DNA of 64,000 bases, taken from Candidatus Saccharimonadales bacterium. Its GTDB lineage: Bacteria > Patescibacteriota > Saccharimonadia > Saccharimonadales > Saccharimonadaceae. The stretch spans positions 4,387 to 68,386 of the forward strand of contig JAXDCN010000069.1 in the NCBI GenBank assembly GCA_034677945.1, given 5' to 3'. How positions within the stretch are numbered: the first letter of the stretch is position 1; each line of letters starts with the position of its first letter. Below the pieces are notes generated by a model. The model had not been told where the DNA came from. It made no database searches and worked only from the letters and a program-made list of their open reading frames with translations. Shown one piece after another: positions 1 through 7,389 of the stretch. Made by a program: the position numbers and the translations under genes.

Positions 1-307
1 CGGGATCGGAAACCGGCGAATATGAATAGACAAACAAGAATAATAACCTGGCGATGATAGCTATGGCGGTAACCGATAGAACAAATATCAAAGAAAAATT
101 AGGATTGCGAAAGATTTTAGATATTTTTTGTGACAAAACGGCCGGCAGTTTGGGCAGATATTTTTTTTGAAATGCCCACAAGGCAATCAAAAATAGGGCG
201 ACAAGCCAAGCTTTAACCGAGCGGAGATTATTGATCAAAAACCATACTGAAGTTAACGCCCCTAGGGCTAGGCAGGCTTCTGCGGCACGATTGATAAATA
301 TTTTCAT
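1..307 (-). CDS. Integral membrane protein, N-terminal fragment (gene runs off the window start)
   Basis: My own minus-strand translation from the ATG at 307 gives MKIFINRAAEACLALGALTSVWFLINNL...IARLLFLFVYSYSPVSDP, which stays open to base 1. It has several hydrophobic helices and no visible SD. Function is not assignable. Confidence 0.4.
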   Translation of the reverse strand, partial: MKIFINRAAEACLALGALTSVWFLINNLRSVKAWLVALFLIALWAFQKKYLPKLPAVLSQKISKIFRNPNFSLIFVLSVTAIAIIARLLFLFVYSYSPVSDP

Positions 308-435
308 AAGACTGCGCAAATGATTGAACTATTAATAGAATAGCAGACATTAGATTATAGATTCAGGAATGCGTCGGGCATTTGCCGAAGGCGCTAAAGT
401 TTGACCTGGTGCAAAAATATCTGTATAAAGGTGGA

Positions 436-1005
436 ATGAAACGAGTTTTGATATACGGAGACTCAAATGTCTGGGGGAAAAATTGCAGCGGTCCGCGTAT
501 TCCTTATTATCAAAGGTGGACTAGCCGTTTGAAAAGGTTATTCAAAGGCAAATTCGAGATTATCGCCAACGGCGTTTCGGGGCGAGTGGCCGGTGATTAC
601 CGCGAAAAAACACAGTGTAACGGCCAATCGGCGTTTCGTAAGGTCTATGAAAAAGCCGGGCGAGTCGATTTGGTCGTCGTTGCCCTGGGGACTAATGATT
701 TGAGGGAAAGTTTTGACCGTTCGGTAAATGAAATCATTGCCGATTTGTTATGGTATAAGGACGCCGCCAATAAGTCGGAAATAATGTACGTTTTGCCGTC
801 GATATTCAGCAGCGGAGAAGATTCGGGCCCTGAATTCACCGTAAAATCGCTGCGGTTGCGCGATCAGTTAATCCAGAACAAAAACAAGCTCGGCAATTAT
901 TTGGTCATAAATGATATAGACCTGTCGGACGGAATCCACTTTTCGCCGGAAGGACACAGACAAATGGCAAAAATAGTCGGTGAAAAATTACGAGAATTCA
1001 TTTGA
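436..1005 (+). CDS. SGNH/GDSL-family hydrolase (lipase/esterase-like)
   Basis: The N-terminal block is MKRVLIYGDSNVWG (GDS), followed by a GTNDL block and a C-terminal DGIHFSPEGH block (DxxH). The track ORF starts at TTG 382, but ATG 436 gives the typical family N-terminus. Confidence 0.75.
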   Translation: MKRVLIYGDSNVWGKNCSGPRIPYYQRWTSRLKRLFKGKFEIIANGVSGRVAGDYREKTQCNGQSAFRKVYEKAGRVDLVVVALGTNDLRESFDRSVNEIIADLLWYKDAANKSEIMYVLPSIFSSGEDSGPEFTVKSLRLRDQLIQNKNKLGNYLVINDIDLSDGIHFSPEGHRQMAKIVGEKLREFI

Positions 1006-1006
1006 T

Positions 1007-1747
1007 ATGCGCGAAAAGAAAGAATTATTAAACAAAATCCAAAGCGGAATGCAAATCGATATCAAAGGAATCGATAATTACAAAATTGGCGAACCGTCAT
1101 TGATCGTCGCTAACCACACCTGTTTGAAAGATATGTTTGCCGTGCCGGCGGCGCTACCCGAGGCGAGCCAAGTTGTGTTGAGCTCGCGATTAATGTGGAA
1201 ACGCAATAACCCCGAAAACAGTTTACGCAGAGCCACGATTGAGGATTCACTTTATGGCATTCCAATGGAAGTCCATGGCGGCCAGGCAAGGCTGCGCGTC
1301 GGTATGGAGATGGCGAAGAGGGCTTTGGTAGAAGGTTGGCCGGTCGTAATTTTCCCGGAAGGCGCATATATCGAAGAAGACCAGGTGAATAAAGGCAGGA
1401 CCGGTGCGGCGCGTATTTTATTCGAAGCTAGAAAAGAGGGCGTCAAAGCCAATCTGATACCGGTTGCGATTGATAATCAATCCAAAACAGCTGATCTGGA
1501 TGATTTTATTCCGCGCGGCGAATCGATGGGTATAAACATTTGCCCGCCGATCGATTACGAGGATTATTATTACGACTTTATTAATGCCTCCGGAGAAGAA
1601 GAGAGAAAGGCGGCGTTACACGCACCCGTCGACATCGCGATGAGAGCAATTGCAAAAGCGATTAACCGGCCGTACGTCGATAAATATATCGAACTGCGCA
1701 AGCGGGATACTATCATACTGGAAAGCGGCGAAGAAGTACCGCTGTAG
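1007..1747 (+). CDS. Lysophospholipid (1-acyl-sn-glycerol-3-phosphate) acyltransferase, PlsC-like
   Basis: HxxxxD motif (ANHTCLKD) and a FPEG block (VVIFPEGAY). ATG 1007 lies 1 nt after the upstream stop. The track start at GTG 980 would overlap the upstream gene. Confidence 0.7.
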   Translation: MREKKELLNKIQSGMQIDIKGIDNYKIGEPSLIVANHTCLKDMFAVPAALPEASQVVLSSRLMWKRNNPENSLRRATIEDSLYGIPMEVHGGQARLRVGMEMAKRALVEGWPVVIFPEGAYIEEDQVNKGRTGAARILFEARKEGVKANLIPVAIDNQSKTADLDDFIPRGESMGINICPPIDYEDYYYDFINASGEEERKAALHAPVDIAMRAIAKAINRPYVDKYIELRKRDTIILESGEEVPL

Positions 1748-1840
1748 CATTAATACAGATAATTTCTCTCGTGATAGCCTCGCAGAACGCGGGTCAACGT
1801 GGTAATATTAAACCATATTCATTTTGCGAAAGGGTATCTC

Positions 1841-3283
1841 GTGAAGAAACAAAAGTATCAGTCTGGGTTTGCGCGCTCGACCACTGTCATCGTTATCGTA
1901 AGTTTTTTGGTGATCGTTTTAGGGTTCGTTGGGTGGAAGATTTATTTGCAGTTTGGCCATGGAAAATCTTTTGCAGTTACGCTGACTAGGGACAATTCTG
2001 GCGGTAATACTGCTAATACGATGGTCGCTAATACTGTAGTTCAAACTGATGACGGCGGTTATGCGATTGCCGGATTTACTTCTGTCAGCGGTATAAATGA
2101 TGGCGATGGCGGAGCGTTTATTTCAAAATTCGACTCAAATGGAAAACTATCCTGGAAAAAAACCTGGGGGAGCGAAAGCGACGGGCGTTATACGGTTAAT
2201 TCGATTATACAAACCGATGACGGCGGTTATGCGATTGCCGGCAAGAAGCCTGTCGGGAAAAACGACGATGGATTTGCAACAGGTGAAAATGCATTTATTG
2301 CCAAATTTGATTCTAACGGCAAAATATCATGGGTCAGGTCTTGGGGTAGTACCGAGTCGGGCGGTGAAAATATCAGGTCAATCATTCAAACTGCTGACGG
2401 CGGTTATGCAGTCGCTGGAAATGTCGGCAGTTTTGGCGCCGGGTCCATTGATGCTTTTGTCGCTAAATTCGATTCCAGCGGCAAACTGACATGGAGTAAA
2501 ACCTGGGGCGGAACGAATTACGACCAAGCAAATTCAATCGCAAGCACGCCTGACGGCGGTTATGTAATTACCGGATACGTGGACAGTTATGGCGCCGGGT
2601 CCGAAGACGCTTTTATCGCCAAATTTGATTCCAGCGGCAAACTGGCATGGAGTAAAACATGGGGCGGAGCTTATTACGACGTTGCCAATTCAATCGTTGT
2701 CACTGCTGACAAAGGTTTTGTAATAGCCGGAGGGACCAAAAGTTACGGATCGGGAGCCAAAGACGCCTTTATCGCCAAATTCGATTCCAATGGTAAACTG
2801 TCCTGGAGTAAAACCTGGGGCGGTGAAGGTGACGAGGTCGTTAATTCAGCGATTCAAGCCGGGGACAAGGGCTATGTCATTAGCGGTTATTATTACGCAG
2901 GGAAAAAACAAAATGCCTTTATCGCCAAATTCACGTCCGACGGTGAGCTGATATGGAGCAAGGCTTGGGATGGCGGAGCGAAATTTAACCGAAATGCCGC
3001 AAATTCGATAATCCAAACCGCCGATAGTGGCTATGTCATTGCCGGATATACCGGTGATAAAATTTTTGCCAATGCGCTAATAGTCAAATACAAATCCGAC
3101 GGCACCGTAAAGGAATGCTCTAAAGCAATGTGCTATGTAGTCAAAGCGAGTCTGGGGGAACCTTCGGTTACCGTTGGGTCACCGTCGGTAAAAGTCACGT
3201 CACCGATAATCACCACTTCATCCAACCAGCCGGCTATGACCACTTTGAAGATTACCAGCACTGTCCTCGTCAAAGCCAATTGA
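1841..3283 (+). CDS. Membrane-anchored or secreted beta-propeller repeat protein (SBBP-like repeats)
   Basis: An N-terminal signal anchor (TTVIVIVSFLVIVLGFVGW) is followed by about 7 tandem 50-59-aa modules of the form DAFIAKFDSxGKLxWSKTWGG...ANSI..T.DGGYVIxG. The GTG at 1841 is preceded by AAAGGG. The track start is GTG 1799. Confidence 0.65.
   Translation: MKKQKYQSGFARSTTVIVIVSFLVIVLGFVGWKIYLQFGHGKSFAVTLTRDNSGGNTANTMVANTVVQTDDGGYAIAGFTSVSGINDGDGGAFISKFDSNGKLSWKKTWGSESDGRYTVNSIIQTDDGGYAIAGKKPVGKNDDGFATGENAFIAKFDSNGKISWVRSWGSTESGGENIRSIIQTADGGYAVAGNVGSFGAGSIDAFVAKFDSSGKLTWSKTWGGTNYDQANSIASTPDGGYVITGYVDSYGAGSEDAFIAKFDSSGKLAWSKTWGGAYYDVANSIVVTADKGFVIAGGTKSYGSGAKDAFIAKFDSNGKLSWSKTWGGEGDEVVNSAIQAGDKGYVISGYYYAGKKQNAFIAKFTSDGELIWSKAWDGGAKFNRNAANSIIQTADSGYVIAGYTGDKIFANALIVKYKSDGTVKECSKAMCYVVKASLGEPSVTVGSPSVKVTSPIITTSSNQPAMTTLKITSTVLVKAN
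2020..3120 (+). repeat. Intragenic tandem repeat array with period about 150-177 nt (7 units)
   Basis: Unit starts (the Ala codon of AF(I/V)xKF) fall at 2114, 2291, 2453, 2609, 2765, 2915 and 3074. Units 2453 and 2609 match at 55 of their first 60 nt by hand alignment. Confidence 0.85.
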
Positions 3284-3315
3284 CTAGATTGAATGTAATT
3301 TGTCTTATTATATTG

Positions 3316-3343
3316 TTGACACTATGACAAAACAATGTAGTAT
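3316..3343 (+). promoter_or_regulatory. Sigma70-like promoter for the radical-SAM/peptide operon
   Basis: TTGACA (3316-3321), a 16-nt spacer, then TAGTAT (3338-3343). It lies about 75 nt upstream of the SD-led ATG at 3419. Confidence 0.5.
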
Positions 3344-3418
3344 TGATTTTAGTATAGATTAGTTCTAAATCCGTAAGTTTAGAAGATAATTTAAGCACTT
3401 TGAAAAGGAGCGATTAGA

Positions 3419-4459
3419 ATGAAAAAGTTTGATTTCAAATGTCGACCCAAAGTTGCGTGGCTTACAGTGAACCGTCAGTGTAATTTTAGATGTTTATGGT
3501 GTTATGGAGAAGATACTCTTTACAACCCTGGCGATACGATGTCGCTAAAAACCGCTAAAGAACTAGTCTTAACCGGACTTGATATTGGAGTAGATTATTT
3601 CAATATCATTGGCGGCGAACCTACGTTGTGGCCAGATTTACTTTCGTTCAATCAGTTTTGCAAAGAAAATGGTGTTACGACATGTTTGGTTACGAATGCG
3701 GCTCAATTCGGAAATGACGATTACTGGGCAAAGTACTTGGAAAGTCCGTGTGACGAAGTGTCCATGTCAGTAAAGAGCACTGATGCGAAAGAATTTCTTC
3801 ACATTACTAAATCAGGGTTATTCAGGCAAACCTTAAAGGGTGTTGAACGGGCGATTAGATTCTATGACGCGGGTGTGAGCACGGTTTATAACAGTCTTGT
3901 CGGTATGAGTGGGTTGAAAAGAATTGCTACGGACTGTCGAAAATTAGGCGCGAACTATTTTGTAGTCGATCTTTGCACCCCAGTAATTAACGCTGGTGAG
4001 ATACAGAAAGGCTACTCGATCGAGCCGGATAGGTTAGCAAAAGACATCATGGAAATGCAACCATTTTTAGATGATTTATATGAAGGAAAAGTCGAAATTG
4101 CCATCTATATCCCGTTATGTCTTTTCCCTGAATCATTTATCGAGCAGATGATTGCGAAACGCCAATTGACGACCATTTGCCAAGTTTACGGCCGCAGCGG
4201 TATCAATTTTGACATTAATGGTGATGTTATTCTGTGTAACCAGCTATTTGATACCGTCATAGCCAAAAGAAAAGTTGATTTCGATAGCGGGCAGGGGTTA
4301 ATAGAACATTTGAATAGCAGCAGTATCCGCAAGGAATATAAGCAACTATTGCGCTTTCCTTCAGTGTCCTGTGATAAATGCCGTTGGAATGCCGACTGCA
4401 GAGGAGGTTGTTTGCTTAACTGGGCGTTATACGATCCGACAATGTGCCATGCCGTATAG
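3419..4459 (+). CDS. Radical SAM enzyme with a full SPASM domain (putative peptide maturase)
   Basis: SD AAAAGGAG upstream. CNFRCLWC matches CxxxCxxC. The SPASM signature is CQVYGRSGINFDINGDVILC (C-x13-G-x4-C) plus CDKCRWNADCRGGC (Cx2Cx5Cx3C). Confidence 0.85.
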   Translation: MKKFDFKCRPKVAWLTVNRQCNFRCLWCYGEDTLYNPGDTMSLKTAKELVLTGLDIGVDYFNIIGGEPTLWPDLLSFNQFCKENGVTTCLVTNAAQFGNDDYWAKYLESPCDEVSMSVKSTDAKEFLHITKSGLFRQTLKGVERAIRFYDAGVSTVYNSLVGMSGLKRIATDCRKLGANYFVVDLCTPVINAGEIQKGYSIEPDRLAKDIMEMQPFLDDLYEGKVEIAIYIPLCLFPESFIEQMIAKRQLTTICQVYGRSGINFDINGDVILCNQLFDTVIAKRKVDFDSGQGLIEHLNSSSIRKEYKQLLRFPSVSCDKCRWNADCRGGCLLNWALYDPTMCHAV

Positions 4460-4530
4460 AGTGTGTTATCGCGTGATATTCGGCAGGATATTATTGTAAG
4501 TACCGTTTAATCGGAAAGGAGGTGAATATA

Positions 4531-4641
4531 ATGGAAAAACTTATTTCATTGATGAAAAAGTCTGGCTCAACCAATGTTCCGGTGCCAGCAAAAGCATCGT
4601 CTAATTGCGGCAGCCAAGGTAGCAATCATCGTTGCAAATAA
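4531..4641 (+). CDS. 36-aa Cys-containing peptide, candidate RiPP precursor (not in the supplied track)
   Basis: My own translation is MEKLISLMKKSGSTNVPVPAKASSNCGSQGSNHRCK. A very strong SD, GGAAAGGAGGTG, ends 7 nt before the ATG. The ORF starts 71 nt after the radical-SAM stop, and an intrinsic terminator follows 33 nt after its own stop. Confidence 0.55.
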   Translation: MEKLISLMKKSGSTNVPVPAKASSNCGSQGSNHRCK

Positions 4642-4673
4642 AACGTTGCAATAAAAATTGTCGCTACCAATCT

Positions 4674-4702
4674 ATGCCAGCCATTTTTTGGCTGGCATTT
4701 TT
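4674..4702 (+). terminator. Rho-independent terminator
   Basis: GCCAGCC (4676-4682) pairs with GGCTGGC (4690-4696) around a 7-nt loop. Two flanking A-T pairs extend the stem, and TTTTT follows. Confidence 0.75.
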
Positions 4703-4739
4703 AATTGAAATCGGTGCGAAATATTATATACTTGTTGTC

Positions 4740-5459
4740 ATGAAATATGCTTATAAAATTGTTTACGATATCGATAAGGATATCAGTAATTGGCATGATG
4801 CCTTGAATAGCCCTTTTGAAGGGTTTGGTTTTAGTTGGATTGACAATGTCACGGATGCTGACGATCGTAAAATTGCCGAGAAAATCGTTGGCTTGTCAAA
4901 AACGCAAGCCAAAAAAATATTATCGCCATATTTGTTATCACAAAAAGATGATCCGAACAGCAGGCTAAGTAAATATATGGATACTATACGGAGGGATTTT
5001 GACGAAAAATATGTCGACGCCTGCAAGGCATTGGAGCGAATCACGAAACGTCCGATGATGTCAGATAAATTCACCTTTTGCGTAACGACTTTTCCGAGAA
5101 TGCAATATTTTTACAAAGAACGTTTAATTACGATGTATGATTCAACAAAAGGCGTTTGGGGGATGCCGATTGACGGATTTTTGCACGAAGCGCTGCATTT
5201 TCAATTTATATATTATTGGCGAGAAGACAAAATGTCGCCAGTATCAAAATTGAACGAAGACGAATTTCATTACCTTAAAGAAGCATTAACAATCGTACTG
5301 GACGACGATTTAAAACCCATTATCACGGTGCCGGACAAAGGCTACGAATCTCAGGCCACGTTTTGCAAAATCTTGCACGAACATTGGGTAAAGTATCACG
5401 ATTTTGATGAATTGATTGAATACGGCATAGATAAACTACCGGACTACATTCGAAACTAA
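4740..5459 (+). CDS. Hypothetical protein with an HExxH motif (possible zinc metallopeptidase)
   Basis: The motif is FLHEALHFQF (H-E-A-L-H), with acidic residues downstream (LKEALT). ATG 4740 (MKYAYKIV) is preferred, because the TTG 4632 start in the track crosses the peptide stop and the terminator. Confidence 0.5.
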   Translation: MKYAYKIVYDIDKDISNWHDALNSPFEGFGFSWIDNVTDADDRKIAEKIVGLSKTQAKKILSPYLLSQKDDPNSRLSKYMDTIRRDFDEKYVDACKALERITKRPMMSDKFTFCVTTFPRMQYFYKERLITMYDSTKGVWGMPIDGFLHEALHFQFIYYWREDKMSPVSKLNEDEFHYLKEALTIVLDDDLKPIITVPDKGYESQATFCKILHEHWVKYHDFDELIEYGIDKLPDYIRN

Positions 5460-5519
5460 AATACTAGAGTATAAAGCACGATTGAGCTGTTGCGCCAACA
5501 AGCAAAATCTTTGAAAATA

Positions 5520-6338
5520 CTATTTATCTAGTTTGATATGGTGTTCGATTATATTTAACGATTTTTCGTCCAGGTCAACCTCGAACCAAACACCGTCGGG
5601 GGTGCCGTCCAATTCGACATTTTCGACCAACGATCCGATTGAATAATAGTCTATGCCATTTTCTTTGATGTATTTTGTCCAGTGCTGGTGCCCGCAGAAT
5701 ACGCCAAGAATGTTTTTATCTATTTGAAGGATTTCCTTTAAATCGTGCCTATTATACAGCAAGGCTTTCTCGCTGTTGTTTTCAAACCAAAAATTATCCT
5801 TCATGTCATCTTCGGCGACGCCGAAATGTATAAAAATCAGGCATGGCAATTCGTTTTTTGCCAAATCTTGTTCTAGCCACTTTAAATCGTTATCTTCAAT
5901 TCTTTGAGTCAGCAAAGGCTTGTTGCTATTGTTTTTAACTTTGTTATCACCGTCTGCTGACAAGAATACAAAATGATAGCCGGCAATATCGGTTGAAAAG
6001 GATGATTTTTCATAACCGAAAACTTGCCTGATGTCGTCTGTCGTCAACGAACGCATGTCATGGTTGCCTGGTATCGTGTAGACAGGTACTTTGATATTAT
6101 TCAATATGCCTATGATCCGGTATAAATTTTCCAGATCTTTTCCGTAATCGTCTATGTCCTGTATTAGGTCACCAAGGCACACGGCAACGTCAAAACGGCC
6201 AGTATTGATTTCGTCAATCAATTTGTTTAGAACCGGCAGTGAATAGTGAACTAGTTTGCGCTGAACGCCTTTGAAATAACCTTCGTCCGCATTAGAGCAG
6301 TAGTGTATGTCTGAAAAAATTGCCAGTTTCATTCCCAT
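5520..6338 (-). CDS. Calcineurin-like metallophosphoesterase
   Basis: Ordered motifs are SDIHY, GDLIQD, GNHD and GHQH. Confidence 0.8.
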   Translation of the reverse strand: MGMKLAIFSDIHYCSNADEGYFKGVQRKLVHYSLPVLNKLIDEINTGRFDVAVCLGDLIQDIDDYGKDLENLYRIIGILNNIKVPVYTIPGNHDMRSLTTDDIRQVFGYEKSSFSTDIAGYHFVFLSADGDNKVKNNSNKPLLTQRIEDNDLKWLEQDLAKNELPCLIFIHFGVAEDDMKDNFWFENNSEKALLYNRHDLKEILQIDKNILGVFCGHQHWTKYIKENGIDYYSIGSLVENVELDGTPDGVWFEVDLDEKSLNIIEHHIKLDK

Positions 6339-6381
6339 AATTATAACAGCGCTTTTATCAGTTTTTGTCGAAAATCATACA

Positions 6382-6410
6382 TTGCAAAAAATCAAACATT
6401 ATGCTATAAT
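6382..6410 (+). promoter_or_regulatory. Sigma70-like promoter with an extended -10
   Basis: TTGCAA (6382-6387), a 17-nt spacer, then TGcTATAAT (-10 at 6405-6410). This gives a leader of about 110 nt before ATG 6528, containing a CGCGTT/AACGCG hairpin. Confidence 0.6.
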
Positions 6411-6527
6411 CATTAAATTCCGCGTTGGGCTTAAACTAACGCGAAGTATTATTGACAGACAAAGAAAGTTTCAAATCAGCCCGCATAATTCATTATGCAA
6501 ATCATGTATTTGAAAGGGGATATTGGA

Positions 6528-7226
6528 ATGGGAATTTCGAGCGACACTGTTTTTAGAAGAGGTTATCGGACTTCGCAAAAAGAGATGAGCCGGGGAATGT
6601 ACACGTTAACAATGTGTTTGTGTACTGCCGCAGGCGTGCTGCTGAGTGCAGCAGCGTCATTTATCAGCGAAAGTTGGGACCTTACCTCTTGGAGTAGTGG
6701 TACCTTTTGGGGTTTCTTTTTAGGAATCTTGGCGGTTGCTATTGCTGGCTGCTATGTTGCGCTGAACAACGATAAACCTTTGGTATCAACAATTGGCTTC
6801 GTAATGGTAGCCGGCCCTTTCGGTTTGATGCTTGGCCCTGTAGTGGCGATGTACACGACCTCGTCAGTTGTGCAGATACTTGCAGCAACGACATTGTTCG
6901 TAGTTGTCCTAGGTATTGTGGGCGCACTTATCCCAGACAATCTGGCCTCTTGGGGGACGACGCTATCCGGAGCGCTTTTGCTGCTGTTGGCTGGTTACGT
7001 AATTGTACCCTTTCTCGCCATGATTGGCATGGATGTTGGTAGGGCATTCACTCTTCTTGACTGGATAGGCTTGATAGTGTTTGGTGGTTTGATAATTTTT
7101 GATCTAAACCGCGCATTGATGTTGCCATATACCTTAGATAACGCTATCGATAGTGCCATGGCCGTATATCTTGATTTCATCAACGTATTCATACGTTTAC
7201 TTTCGTTGTACGGCGAAGAAGATTAG
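6528..7226 (+). CDS. Bax inhibitor-1/YccA family membrane protein
   Basis: About 7 TM helices with the family-typical C-terminus ...AVYLDFINVFIRLLSLYG. The SD AAAGGGG sits 8 nt before ATG 6528. Confidence 0.65.
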   Translation: MGISSDTVFRRGYRTSQKEMSRGMYTLTMCLCTAAGVLLSAAASFISESWDLTSWSSGTFWGFFLGILAVAIAGCYVALNNDKPLVSTIGFVMVAGPFGLMLGPVVAMYTTSSVVQILAATTLFVVVLGIVGALIPDNLASWGTTLSGALLLLLAGYVIVPFLAMIGMDVGRAFTLLDWIGLIVFGGLIIFDLNRALMLPYTLDNAIDSAMAVYLDFINVFIRLLSLYGEED

Positions 7227-7250
7227 TCAAAACTTTCTCTTGTAATCAAT

Positions 7251-7287
7251 AAACCCTAGGTTATACGCCTAGGGTTTTAATTTTTTT
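7251..7287 (+). terminator. Rho-independent terminator
   Basis: AAACCCTAGG (7251-7260) pairs with CCTAGGGTTT (7268-7277) around a 7-nt loop, followed by TAATTTTTTT. Confidence 0.8.
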
Positions 7288-7389
7288 AGCAGTTTAATGC
7301 TTGCGCCGTTTATTGAATAACTGCATTTTGAAGTAATGCGCGCCTTATCTGTTAGGCGTATAATAGAGATAGCAGGGAAGTGAATTGAT

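Noticed and set aside
382-435. Longer TTG/GTG starts for the SGNH hydrolase (382) and the acyltransferase (980).
   Set aside because: The internal ATGs at 436 and 1007 give family-typical N-termini and remove a 26-nt gene overlap. The longer forms cannot be excluded without experimental data.
2097-2489. 130-aa plus-strand ORF inside the repeat protein gene.
   Set aside because: It is an off-frame ORF nested entirely in the 1841-3283 gene. It has low-complexity composition, no start signals, and is produced by the repeated sequence.
3419-4459. Interpretation of the first rSAM/SPASM enzyme as an anaerobic sulfatase-maturating enzyme.
   Set aside because: No sulfatase gene is nearby, and the adjacent peptide lacks the C/S-x-P-x-R target motif. 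A peptide-maturase role fits the context better, although only a family-level search can settle it.
4632-4739. TTG-initiated N-terminal extension of the HExxH gene, as given in the ORF track.
   Set aside because: It would overlap the stop of the 36-aa peptide ORF and read straight through the 4674-4702 terminator hairpin. ATG 4740 gives a sensible start.
6307-6513. 68-aa ORF in the divergent region between the phosphoesterase and the BI-1 gene.
   Set aside because: It spans the start of the opposite-strand gene and the 6382-6410 promoter. It has no SD, so it is better explained as regulatory DNA.
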